Below are positions 25,250 to 36,194 of a stretch of 64,000 nt of DNA, one piece after another. Every line of letters begins with the position of its first letter. The first letter of the stretch is position 1. The DNA is taken from contig CM030332.1 in the NCBI GenBank assembly GCA_017654855.1, forward strand, positions 4,588,001-4,652,000, in the 5' to 3' direction. Made by a program: the position numbers and the translations under genes. The stretch comes from Podospora anserina. Taxonomy: Eukaryota. Below the pieces are notes generated by a model, which was not told the origin of the DNA, did not search any database, and saw nothing but the letters and a program-made list of their open reading frames with translations.

Positions 25250-25924
25250 ATGTTCTCCCGCAGCTTCTACGGTGCCGACCCCAGCTTCACTCCCCTCTTC
25301 CGCCTCCTTGACGACTTTGACAACTACTCGCGCGAAGTCCAAGGTAACGGCAACGACAACCACCAGAACGGATCCCGCAACTCTCGTCGCGCCATTCGCA
25401 CCTTCACCCCCAAGTTCGACATCAGCGAGTCGGTCGATGCCTACGAGCTCCACGGCGAGCTCCCTGGCATTGCCCGCGAGGACCTCAGCATCGAGTTCAC
25501 CGACCCCCAGACCATTGTGATCAAGGGCAAGGTGGAGAGAACCCGCACCGCCGGAACCCCTCCCGCGGGTCTCCTCGAGAACAACGACCAAGCCAGCAAG
25601 GCCATCACCGAGAGCGGCGAGGACCAGCACCCTTCTCACAAGGTCACCGTCGAGGATGAGAAGCCCGAGGACGAGAAGGCCACCAGCACCACCACCGTGG
25701 CCAAGACCGGCGAGAACAAGGAGGCTGCCACCCACCACAAGAACAAGCAGCCCGAGACCAAGTTCTGGCTCCAGGAGCGCTCGATCGGCGAGTTTAGCCG
25801 CACTTTCAGCTTCCCCAGCCGGGTCGAGCTCGACGGTGTCAAGGCTGGCCTCGACAATGGCATCTTGACTGTTGTGGTGCCCAAGGCGAAGAAGCCTCAG
25901 GTCCACAAGGTTCCGATCTGCTAG
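25250..25924 (+). CDS. hsp30: Small heat shock protein (Hsp20/alpha-crystallin family, Hsp30)
   Basis: FTPLFRLLDDFD N-terminus, FTPKFDISE..YELHGELPG, ERSIGEFSRTFSFP, LDNGILTVVVPK; intronless with strong C-ending codon bias. Confidence 0.97.
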   Translation: MFSRSFYGADPSFTPLFRLLDDFDNYSREVQGNGNDNHQNGSRNSRRAIRTFTPKFDISESVDAYELHGELPGIAREDLSIEFTDPQTIVIKGKVERTRTAGTPPAGLLENNDQASKAITESGEDQHPSHKVTVEDEKPEDEKATSTTTVAKTGENKEAATHHKNKQPETKFWLQERSIGEFSRTFSFPSRVELDGVKAGLDNGILTVVVPKAKKPQVHKVPIC

Positions 25925-26577
25925 ATTCAGTTCTGAGGACTTGCCAGGTGAGAGGCATGGAAGACATGAGTTGTTCGGAGTGATGGAAATGCATGGTGTT
26001 ATGGAATTGGTACTTATGAGCATTGCTAGGCGTCTTTTGGAAGGTATCGAGTTAGGCACGCACAAGATACGGAGGATTTTACTCGGCACAGTATCGGGTT
26101 AGTTAATGGGATTGTGGAGGAGGATGATTGATCATGCATGAGATTTGGTGCCTGACAGTACATGGTAGTCTCACGGCTTTGGTAGTCAATGAAATAAGTT
26201 TTCGTTATAATCTTTTCCCTCGATTGATGTGACTTGGACTGTGATCTGACATGCATGTCTCTCCATGAATTGTTACCGAGAAGAATTGTGCAGCGGTTGA
26301 GGTGCAAAGAGCCTGCTCCGGTTCCTATTCATGATTGGCTATCGTGTATACGAAGCGACAGCTTCTCATGAATGGAGGGCAAATGCCATCAATTGCGCAT
26401 TCGCTGACGACATCGGAGCTAAGACGGATATGATGTTCTTGGAAGCGTACCAGCTGATAGTGTAACCTCTGTATCTCCAACTGTAAGTAAACAACGTACG
26501 TACAATCAGATTGATCACCTTTTTCCCACGAGACAACAAAAATACAACATTTTTGCAAAAAGATCTCCCAAGATACC

Positions 26578-27614
26578 ATGTCCACCACTGCTATCTCGTT
26601 CCGGCTCCCCAAAGCTGCGAGCCAAGGCTTCCAGAACGCTTCTGCTTACGACACCCACCGGCCCTCATACCCTCAAGAAGCCGTCACTTCGTTACTTTCC
26701 GCGCTGGGACTGCTGGGCAAGCAAAATACCAAGATCCTCGAGATTGCCGCTGGCACGGGGAAGTTCACCGAGCTGCTTGCCAACCGAGAGGAGGGATTCA
26801 ACGTGATAGCCGTTGAGCCCCACGGGGACATGAGGGGTCAGCTCGCTGGGAAGGGGCTAAAGGGTGTCGATGTGAGGGATGGTCATGCGGGAAGGTTGGC
26901 GGTGGAGGATGGGGAGTGGGCGGATGGGTATATTGCTGCGCAGAGCTTTCATTGGTGAGCCTCTCTTTTGTCGCGTCTTGGAAGTGTGAGAGAGATATTG
27001 TTCGGGAACACTGATCAACGCGACGAGGGGACAATAGGTTCGCAAATAAGGAGACGTTGAAGGAAGCTCATCGAGTCTTAAAAAAGGGGCGAGGGTTAGG
27101 TGCGATTTGGAATATTGAAGATTGTGAGTTGATGATGTTTGCTCGATGGCTCGGTTCAGTGAGCTGATAGTCACGGTAACAAAGACAACAAACCCCGTGA
27201 GTGGAAGGCAACGACTACGTGGGAGGAGAAACTGAACTCATGGTATGACTTTTCTAGACAGGAAGGAGAATAGTAGAGCTGATCAATATTAACAGGATTT
27301 ATTCCATATCATCCGACGGCCAGCCTCGTTTCCGCGATGGCCAATGGAGAGGTGCCTTGGAGGACCAACAACTATTCGCGCTTCCACTTAGTGAGGAAAC
27401 CGTGAAATGGACAGTGTGGCTGTCGGAGGGTGCGCTTTGGTCTCGTATCAACACTCTCAGCCAGGTGGCGATACTGGAAGGGTCAGACAGAGAGGCGGCT
27501 GTCAGGGTGTTCAAGGAGGCGCTTCAGTCACCAGATGTTGAGAGGAACGAGAAGGGAGAGATTGCTCTTCATGGCGTTACCTACTTTGTGTGGACCAAGA
27601 AGCTCGACTCTTGA
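26578..27614 (+). CDS. Class I SAM-dependent methyltransferase (Methyltransf_11-like)
   Basis: YDTHRPSYP, ILEIAAGTGKFT (motif I), VIAVEP, AAQSFHWF, IWNIEDYN; three introns (~26956-27038, 27124-27184, ~27243-27295). Confidence 0.9.
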
Positions 27615-27709
27615 GATTTCTTCCAAACCACCAGCCCCAAAACTCCTCAGCAGGATATCAGACCCTACTCCCATGCCGCCGGATGCAGTGAATAACAGAT
27701 TAAAACTTC

Positions 27710-28082
27710 TTAATCGGCAGCGATATACATGACTGGAAACATGTTAGAATCATAGTCAAAACTCATGTGTGTATTCGGTGAGGTGGTCACAACATACCAT
27801 TGTTGCCTCTGACAAAGGCGTCGCCGTAGCTTCTTCGCTTGGCGCCATTAACATACTCCTCGGTCTTTTCCAGGGCAATGTTCATGTATCCATCCACAGA
27901 CTGCAGCTCCCCTATTTTCATTTAATCTGTCAGTGGGATTGTCCTCTCTCAAAAGTTGGGCGGGACTCACCCTTGTAAACAACACCTGAGTTAAGCTTGA
28001 CTGTGACAGGATGTCCAATGATTTCGCTGAGCCAGCCTGATGGGTCCTTGCCCTCTCCCTGAGTTATAGCGCCGTTCTCCAT
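27710..28082 (-). CDS. LSM6: U6 snRNA-associated Sm-like protein LSm6
   Basis: Exons 28082-27971, 27911-27798 and 27732-27710 translate to MENGAITQGEGKDPSGWLSEIIGHPVTVKLNSGVVYKGELQSVDGYMNIALEKTEEYVNGAKRRSYGDAFVRGNNVMYIAAD (Sm1 and Sm2 motifs). Not in the supplied ORF track. Confidence 0.95.
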
Positions 28083-28867
28083 GATTAACTGAGTGACCGG
28101 TTGATAGTATTGGGCTGTTGTTCACAGAATCGATGTCGTTAATTGAGCGTGGCTCTATTCTGGATGAGTGGGTTGAGTGAATGAATGAGTTGAGTGTGAT
28201 GTGTTGTTGCAAGGGGTGAGTGGTTCAGTGGTGACTGCAATCTGGGCCCACTTTCTTCTCTTTCAACACAGAGGCACGGGCCACGTGGAAGCTCCGGCGG
28301 CCCCCTGAAGGCAGGTGCAACTCCAGTTTCACCAACCAACATGGATGGATGAGATGTCTGCCTCAATATGATCCAACTCTGCAGTTCACCGAAGAGACAT
28401 GTATATACATACATTTCTATCCAATTCCCAGTGAATCTGATACATTTGTATCTGCTGCAATTCTGAGAATCCTCCTTCTTGTCTTTTTCGTCTCATTTTC
28501 TCCAAGTGACTCACTCACCCATCTCATCTGGACCAGCCTTATTCACTACCTATCAACAACCTGCCCGGTCTGACACCCACCACTGACCAAGATTCCATAA
28601 GTAAATAGAGAGCGGTTCCTATTTTGACTGGCATAAGTATCAGGAACCTGATTCCCGACTTTCTTTTCAACCATCACCTTCTTTGCTCTGCAGTAGGCCT
28701 CATCGTCCCCCCAGTCAAGCTATTAAAGTCGGTCACTCATATCGGCCAAGCACCAGAGCCTGACAGTACTTCCAGCCTGCTCGTTTAATTCTATCAAAAC
28801 TCTCATTTAACTCTATTGGTCTTTAATATATACCTTCTATCTATTAGCCGGAGCTCTTCCATCCATC

Positions 28868-30189
28868 ATGGGCGGCTCAGCCTTCTCAGACCTGGAGAAT
28901 CCTCCATACACTCCTCGCATGCCCACAGATATCTACGAGCAGGTAAAGGCATCCTGTCATACCGCTCTCGAAAAGATTTTCCTCCACGTGGCCACCCCCG
29001 TCGAGGGCCCTGCCAAAGCCGACCACGGCGACATCGACATCCTCGTCGCAAACGAGCGGCGTCTCACACTTCAGGATTCCGATGAAGACACGACTCCCTC
29101 GCCCCTGCCCACACTACACACCAAGATCCGAGAAGCACTAGGCGCAGAATTCCACAAAGCCGTCCACAACACCACAAACCTAGTCGTCCCTTGGCCCGGC
29201 TCCAACGGACAAAAACACATCCAAGTTGACGTCCGTATCTGCAAGAACGAAGAGGAGCTAAACTGGGTGAGCCCTCCCCCCTTCTTTCCCCCAGAACACA
29301 ACCCAAACTAACATCCCCTCAACAGTACCTCTTCAAACACAGCCACGGTGACCTCTGGAACCTCCTCGGCTCCACCATCCGCCCCTTCGGCCTGACAGTA
29401 GACGAATCCTCCCTCTGGATCCGCATCCCAGAAATCGAAAAATTCGACCGCAAAAAGGCCAAAATCCTCCTCACCAAATCCCCAACCGCAATCCTCACCT
29501 TCCTCGGCATCAGTCTCGAGCCGTTCAAGTCCGGCAAGCCTTTCCCAACGGTGGAGGCCCTCTACGAGTACGTAACCACCTGCCGCTACTTTTTTGTCCG
29601 CCCCGCCTCGGAAGAAAATGACGGCGATGGCGCTGGCCTTGTAGGAGGCGAGGAAGGCGTCAAAAAGCTCAAGAGCAATGACCGGCAGAGGATGAGGCAG
29701 CGGGCTGTGTACAGGAGGTGGATAGAGGAGTATATCCCCAGTCTTCGGGAGCAGGGCCTGCACGTCAGGTCGGATGTCTCGGTCAAGAAAATGCGCGCCT
29801 CGGTGCAGGAGGACGCTTTTGCCGCGTTTGACGTGGAGGTGGAGTGGAACGCACGGCTGAAGGAGTGGCGGTTGCAGAAGAATGTGGAGGCGACGAGGAA
29901 GTTGATCAAGGAGGTCATACCTGCCGACGTTACGGATGTGAATTATAGGGGTTGCTTGCTGTCTGGGTTGAAGAAGATCATTATGGAGGATGGCGATTCA
30001 GCTGGGTTCGAGTTCGTTTCCCGCCCAGACTTCAAAAATGAGGATGGGCTTTATGACGAGGAGGTTATCCGGCGTTTTGTGGAGGAAAAGATTGACGAGG
30101 TAGGCAAGGTGGCGTTGGAAGTGCAGCTGGAGAGGTCAAGGGCAGCGATGCAAAAAAAGAGGGAGAAGATGGCAAGCGCCGCAGAATAG
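28868..30189 (+). CDS. Uncharacterised protein with a Pol-beta-superfamily nucleotidyltransferase-like motif
   Basis: MGGSAF start, KADHGDIDILV, HIQVDVRI; intron 29267-29325 (GTGAGC..CTAAC..CAG) continues in frame into YLFKHSHGDLWNLLGSTIRPFGLTVDE and the 212-aa ORF. Confidence 0.8.
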
Positions 30190-30436
30190 GCGTTTCAAAG
30201 GGGAGGAATGATGACAGGAGGAACGAGATACCGCATTGTCACTATACTTAGCAAATCATAACTTCGCTCAAAGAGCATTGTAATTTCACACTCATATTAC
30301 CCGCCGCTTTTTGCAACCCCCTCAGATCATGTCAGTCTGTCCAGTAGATACAATTTAGTAACTGCTTTGCATACGTTCCACATCATGAATTCCAGCAAAT
30401 GTTCCCAGCAAATCCACACAGCTAAATTAGACAATA

Positions 30437-33400
30437 TTACCAGTCAAAATCCGACGACTCCCCAGCATCTTCCATCTCAATATCCTCTTCCTCGCCTTCC
30501 ATCTCACAATCACCACTGAGGCCGCCATCCTCACCGACATACTCTGCGAGACCATCAAGAGCCGCCTGCCTAGCATCTCGCATCGCCTGCTCCAACATGG
30601 CCCTCATATCAATAGACGGGTCCCCGTTCTTAGCTCTCTCCAACACACCTCTAGGCAGCGCGAGAAGCCACCTTGTCAAAAAAGTTGCCTCGATCTGCCT
30701 TTGCAACTCTTCACCCGAGAGCCTTGCTGGCACCTGCGTCAAGCTGACCCCAGCCTCCAACATCTCGACAATCTCATCCGCTCGATTCAGAATACGGGCC
30801 GGTATGCCTCGCATCTCGGCACACTTTATTCCCAAACTTGATGGGCCCCGCCCCGGCAAGAGACGATGCAAGTATGTGACCTGGTCCTCGATCGCATCTG
30901 CTCCCAGGTTGAGACGAACATCCATGTGCGCCAAAGCAAGGTCGTCTTCTTGGTAGCCATCGAGTAGGCCATTTTCGAACACCTCATGAAAGTGCGTTGC
31001 TGCAAGAACCTTTGGTTGCTGCGATTTCCCAAGCTCGATAAAATGGGACAGATATGAAGCGAGAAGAGCCGCGCCGTTTGATGCCGTGGTACCCTTTCCA
31101 AACTCGTCGACTACAAGTAAGCTCCTCTTTGTGGCAAAATTCAACGCAAAAGCTGCCTGCTTTATATCGATCATAAAAGCACTTTGGTCGTCGAGAACTG
31201 TCTCGCGCGTCAGAATTCTCGTCAGAATGCGGTCCGTCAGACCTATTGTGGCTCTCCCTGCAGGGACAAAACTCCCCACATGGGCCAGCTGTACAATGAG
31301 CGCAACCTGTTTCATGTAGACGCTCTTGCCTGAATCATTGGGGCCGGTGAGTACTAACATACACGGCTTGCCTTCGTACACCGTAAAGTCTTCCTCGTCG
31401 GATACCTCGGAGCCATACAACCCGGTACTAGAAGCGCGTTGGGACAAAGTCGAGGGGCGTGATGGGGCTTGTGTAGTTGGCCAGCTGAAAGCAATCTCTG
31501 GAGAGGATATGGATCGGGAAGCCGACATGAAGCTTGCTTCGGTCCTCTGATAGTTTTCCAATTCGTCCATGGTGTTTTCCTTCTCTTCACCGCCCATATT
31601 TTCCTGGTCCGGGTCGAGGGACATGCGGTTATACCCGTCATCATCAACAAGGCTGTCATTGTACCAAAAACTGTCATTCATGTTCAAGTCGTGTGTGTTC
31701 TTGGTGGAGCATATAGAAGCGGTCTCATCAGCCCCTTCCATGCACTCGTCTTCGTCCAGGCTTCCATGTAGTTTGGTTTTCCCAAACCCACCTCGCAAAC
31801 TACAATTGTTGGGTATAAATGACGGAACTACCAACTCTTGGAGGGGGTGGCGTCCGTCGATAATGTCGATGATGTTGGAAGTGGTCATCGTAGGTGCCAC
31901 CCAGTTGTACTTTTCCGCCGCGGAGGCCAATGCTGACAGACTGTCAAGTTCACCGTATATTTCCGAGGCGGCGAGGATTGCCTTTTCCTGCTCTCGAACA
32001 TGGCCAGATAGCTCCATGACCAGAAGCATTTCTTCTTCGGTGATGTAGGATGGTAAGTCGCCATATTGTGAGTCGAGATCGTGCATCAGCTTGTTCTTGT
32101 AATAGGCGACTCCTTCGGTCACAAAGACCAGTTCCCATTCATCATCGAGGAGGTCATGCCCATAGTAGACCCCCACGCCGGTATCTGGCTTGATGGCAAC
32201 ACCGATAAGAAAGCCCGACTGTTCCATGACGGTGCAGTGTAGAATATGTTTGTTTGCCCACCTGGGAGCCTCCCTCGCAATGTTATCCCTGATATCAGGA
32301 AGCATGTCACAGACCTCCGCCAACTCTTGCCTAAGCTGATCCAGTCCAGGGCTTGCACCCGACAAAATGATGGTACGTTGGCTGTCCTTGGAAGCCTCGA
32401 AGTCAAATGTTCTCATGATTTTGTCGGCAAGAAGAAGAAACGGACGAGGATCAATCGTGTCGCAGATCTGCAGAAATCAGTCAGCTTGAAGTTAGTTTTC
32501 AACATTGAAGTGCTAATGGCTTGCCTTGGAGATGATCTCAAGCCCCGAGGTGCGGACAAGTGAGGTCACGGCCTGGTGAACGTTGGCAGCAACTGTAGCA
32601 AAGCGAACCACAGCTTTCCAGTCGCCCATTCGGAGCGACAGATGGCCCCTTACACGATCCACGCCTTTCTTTACGTGGAGCAGCAGTGTCTTGGGACTCT
32701 TCAACCTCTTGAGCAGTTTGCGCATACTCTTCACGATTGAAACATTCTCTGGATCCAACATCATATGAATCGTCGACTGGCGTTGATGTATCACGTCGAG
32801 GTTGAGACTTGGCCGCAGCAGCATCTGGCGCACTTTCTGCTTTCCCTGCGTCGTTGATGCCAGCGAGGCCAGAAGGTCCGCTACAGAGAGGTTTTCTTTG
32901 GCTCGTGGTTCGTCGCTAGACCCGCGGAGTCCAGGAATGGCTTGAAGATGCGGACGTATAATGTTAAGAGATATCAGGGCATCGGCGCCGAGCAGCATGG
33001 TATCTGTGGAAAGGTTCATCTTGATACGTTTCACCCGGAACGGAACCTTCCCTTCTTCACCGGAGCCGGACTCTTCCTCCACTGCCCTTCGGCGTTCGAG
33101 GTCGGTGAGAACTGCCCCAGCACACCCTACAGAAAGCTGGCTTTCCAAATTGATGATTCTTGCCAGGCGCACAAGGTTGATATGGCTAGAAGACCCAATG
33201 CATTGAATAGGCTCTTCCTCTCCAGACTGCACCTGAAGGGGGTCGGGCTCTTGCGACTCGTCCGAGAAAATGCCGACATTGGCTAATAGCTCTCTCGCTG
33301 TGTCGTAGTTGAACTGTGCTGAAACAAGGTGGCGTAAAATATACGGGCCTTTGTCTGTACGTGATGTCTGATCATCATCGAACTTTTGTGCGTTTGGTTC

Positions 33401-34522
33401 GAGAAATTGAACTAGTGAATCCGCTGCACGATTGGAAATGAGAACCGAGGTTGGCTCCAGGTGAAGGAGAAAGGTTTCAACAGTCTCTATGCCTCCCATG
33501 GCTATGTCGTCCTCAAGAAACAGCGTTTCATCCACGGCGCTATAGTAAGCACAGCCCACTTTGCCCTCCCGATCCATGTTGACGGCCATGATGACTTCAT
33601 TCAGAGTGTCATGGTCGTGGCTAACGCTTTCATCCACAGTTATGCCCCCATAGTACGAAGGAGTGTTATGTCTCGAGCTCATGTACGTGGACTCCCGTGA
33701 TTGCCATGGCCGGCGCATGGATGCTGCTCTCGAAGGCTCCGTGGAAGTCGTTACTGATGAAGTTGACGAGATGGAAAAGTATTGGCTCGACCGGATAGAT
33801 GGAGTCTCTATCTGGGATTTTCTCCGCCGACGACTTTCTCCTGTTGCTGTCCAGGAGTTTGACCTGCTGCTTTTGGATTCTTTGGAGATGCCAGACCGCA
33901 AAGTGGACTTTGAACGTCGGGAAGGAGATGAGGACCTCGAGTGCCGCGAAGTAGACAGTGACCTTGAACGTCGCGACGACGACTTCGACCTACCATTGGC
34001 AGAGGGAGTGGTGCTTGTAGAGGAAGATCGAGAACTCCTATGGCGGACCTGTTCTCGTGAGCTTCTGGACGGATGGCTGCTAGTATGATGTCGCGATTCA
34101 TGTCGCGACAGCAAGGAATGGGACGCATTGTCCTGGTGAGAAGGTTGAGATTCTGCAAGTCTGTCTGCATCTTGATAATTGTGAGGGGTGAAGTAGCGAG
34201 AAGTTGACAATGATTCTGCATAGTCCGAAGACAATTGGCGAGATGACGGCGTGTGATCTGTTAGGGCATAACCTGATGAAGCATATTCCGATGATCGATA
34301 GCTCAAAGATGTATCAGGGGCGGGGTGTATGATATCTTCAGAACCAGAAGGGTTGTGCGATGCCGACAAAGTCCGGCCACGCTCGACTGACGAGTCTAAC
34401 AAGGATACCGGGGAGGAAGGGTAGTCGGAGGTCTGCGGGGATAGCAAATGAGAAGCAGTCGAGTATGCACTCCTGGTGCTTCGGGCACTCCGGCCACTGC
34501 GGGCGCTTTCACTGGGTGGCAT
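30437..34522 (-). CDS. MSH5: Meiotic MutS-gamma subunit MSH5
   Basis: GCAYY, SVGCAGAVL, GRHPLQE, TGPNDSGKSVYMKQVALI..HVGSFVPA, QSAFMID, DEFGKGT, ATHFHE; one intron 32468-32524 joins the two long ORFs in frame. Confidence 0.93.
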
Positions 34523-34964
34523 CTGTGCTGTTCGTACAGCTTTGGCATTGAAGTGAGGTAGGGCTGACTGATAGTCGAGATGCCGACTAAAGCTGTTGTA
34601 CTGGTCGTGGGTGATTCAGAGGTAAAATCCCCGACTGGGCCCAGAATCCGCGACACAGGGCTAAGGCAGAAACATAACATATACAACAGAAGGGGATTCT
34701 CGGATGTTGAAAGGGATGATTGAAGAAAATACAGGCGGTAAAGCGGACAAAACATCTCGGGCTGTCTTGTGTGTTGCTGTATTTTGGGAGGAAGGAGCTT
34801 CCTGCCCCAAACCCCCTCCTTCCTGCTGAAGCATGACACACTCACAAGTAAAAACTGGGTATCGATTCCTGCTGTACTTCGTCCTCAACAAAACCATCTA
34901 GCAGAGGTAGAAAATATCAAAACAACCATGGATCATGTTCCAAACAATCCAGTGATTCCCACCC

Positions 34965-35458
34965 TCACTTTTGCTCTTGCCCCTGACCTTTCACCCACTC
35001 GGTAAACTCATTGCGTTGCTTCCGAATGTCCACAAAGTTTGGCCTACCCTCGATGTACGCGAACGGATTGCCCAAGTAGTCCCGGTTCACCTGCCCGTTG
35101 TTGTCCTTGAACCCGTCCTCGCCCTCCCTTTCAATCTTCCCAGCCCACTCGCGCCACTGGATCGGGCGCAGGGGGGATGTGCCGAGAACCAGGCCGACAA
35201 GAATAACCAGAATAGCAACAGCCGTTTCGATCGCGATATCTATCGGCAGGGATGTGGCAGCGGTGGGAGTTGACGTCAATGCCGCCGAGGTGGCAGCTCG
35301 GAACGACTGCAGGGCCGAATGCTCCTGGGCCGAGTAGCACCTATCGGGGGAATTGTCAGCGCATTGCTCGTTCTGACGGCCGATGGGGAATGTCCAACTT
35401 ACGCATGTGCGAGTAAAAGACTGCCAAAAGCAGTGATGGACTTGGATATTAACGTCAT
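34965..35458 (-). CDS. EMC5: ER membrane protein complex subunit 5 / membrane magnesium transporter family
   Basis: MTLISKSITAFGSLLLAHA|CYSAQEH across intron 35341-35402; LPIDIAIET TM segment; RPNFVDIR. Confidence 0.88.
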
Positions 35459-36194
35459 GGTGGAGGAATTTGGGTTTATGCCTTTTGCTGTTGACTTGGA
35501 GATGCTTCTGGTGACGACGATGCCAACTGGTTGGGAGCACTCCCAGAAATGCCAAGGAAGCAGGGGCCATATCCCGATAGTTGCATAGCCGCAACGGTCC
35601 AGTTGTGTGCATGCACTTAAACGAAAACTTTCACCCCCTATTCTCATTGTCTCCAAGACACGGTCCCAAGTACTCGGTTCTTTCATCCAAACCCGTCCAT
35701 CTTCCAAGAACTCAAGCTGACGGGAACCTGTCTTTGATTCAACCTGGCCTCTTTTTGTTTTCTGGCTGCTACAAGCTAGCGATGTTTCACAGATCGGGAC
35801 GGGGCGGGCTGGGCCACAAAATATGCATAATAGCATTATCTGGTGGCTCCTACAAAGAATCCTGATGTCCGAAAAACTACCAAAGAACAATAAAATTCAC
35901 TTTCACCACCCCCCTCGGATCCGAGGCTAACCTGAACAAAACAACGAAACAATGTAGCATGGAAAGATATGTACAACCAGATCAGTTTTCTGTGTCCCCT
36001 ATCGACAGTAGGTTGCTTTCCCCCCCTTCTTTTGCGCTCGCTCTCTCCCTGCTTCTTTCTTGGTTCTGCCCATTTCCCATATTGCCCTCCTCAAGAATGA
36101 GAAGACCTCAACTCGCACCTTTTCTTTTGTGCCCACCCAATGCTTTTTTCTTGAATAAATACAGCAGCTGTCATTTTTACGCCCGACTGAGTGA

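Noticed and set aside
25244..26089. 281-aa antisense ORF over hsp30
   Set aside because: Expected shadow of strong C-ending codon bias in a highly expressed gene; no domain-like features.
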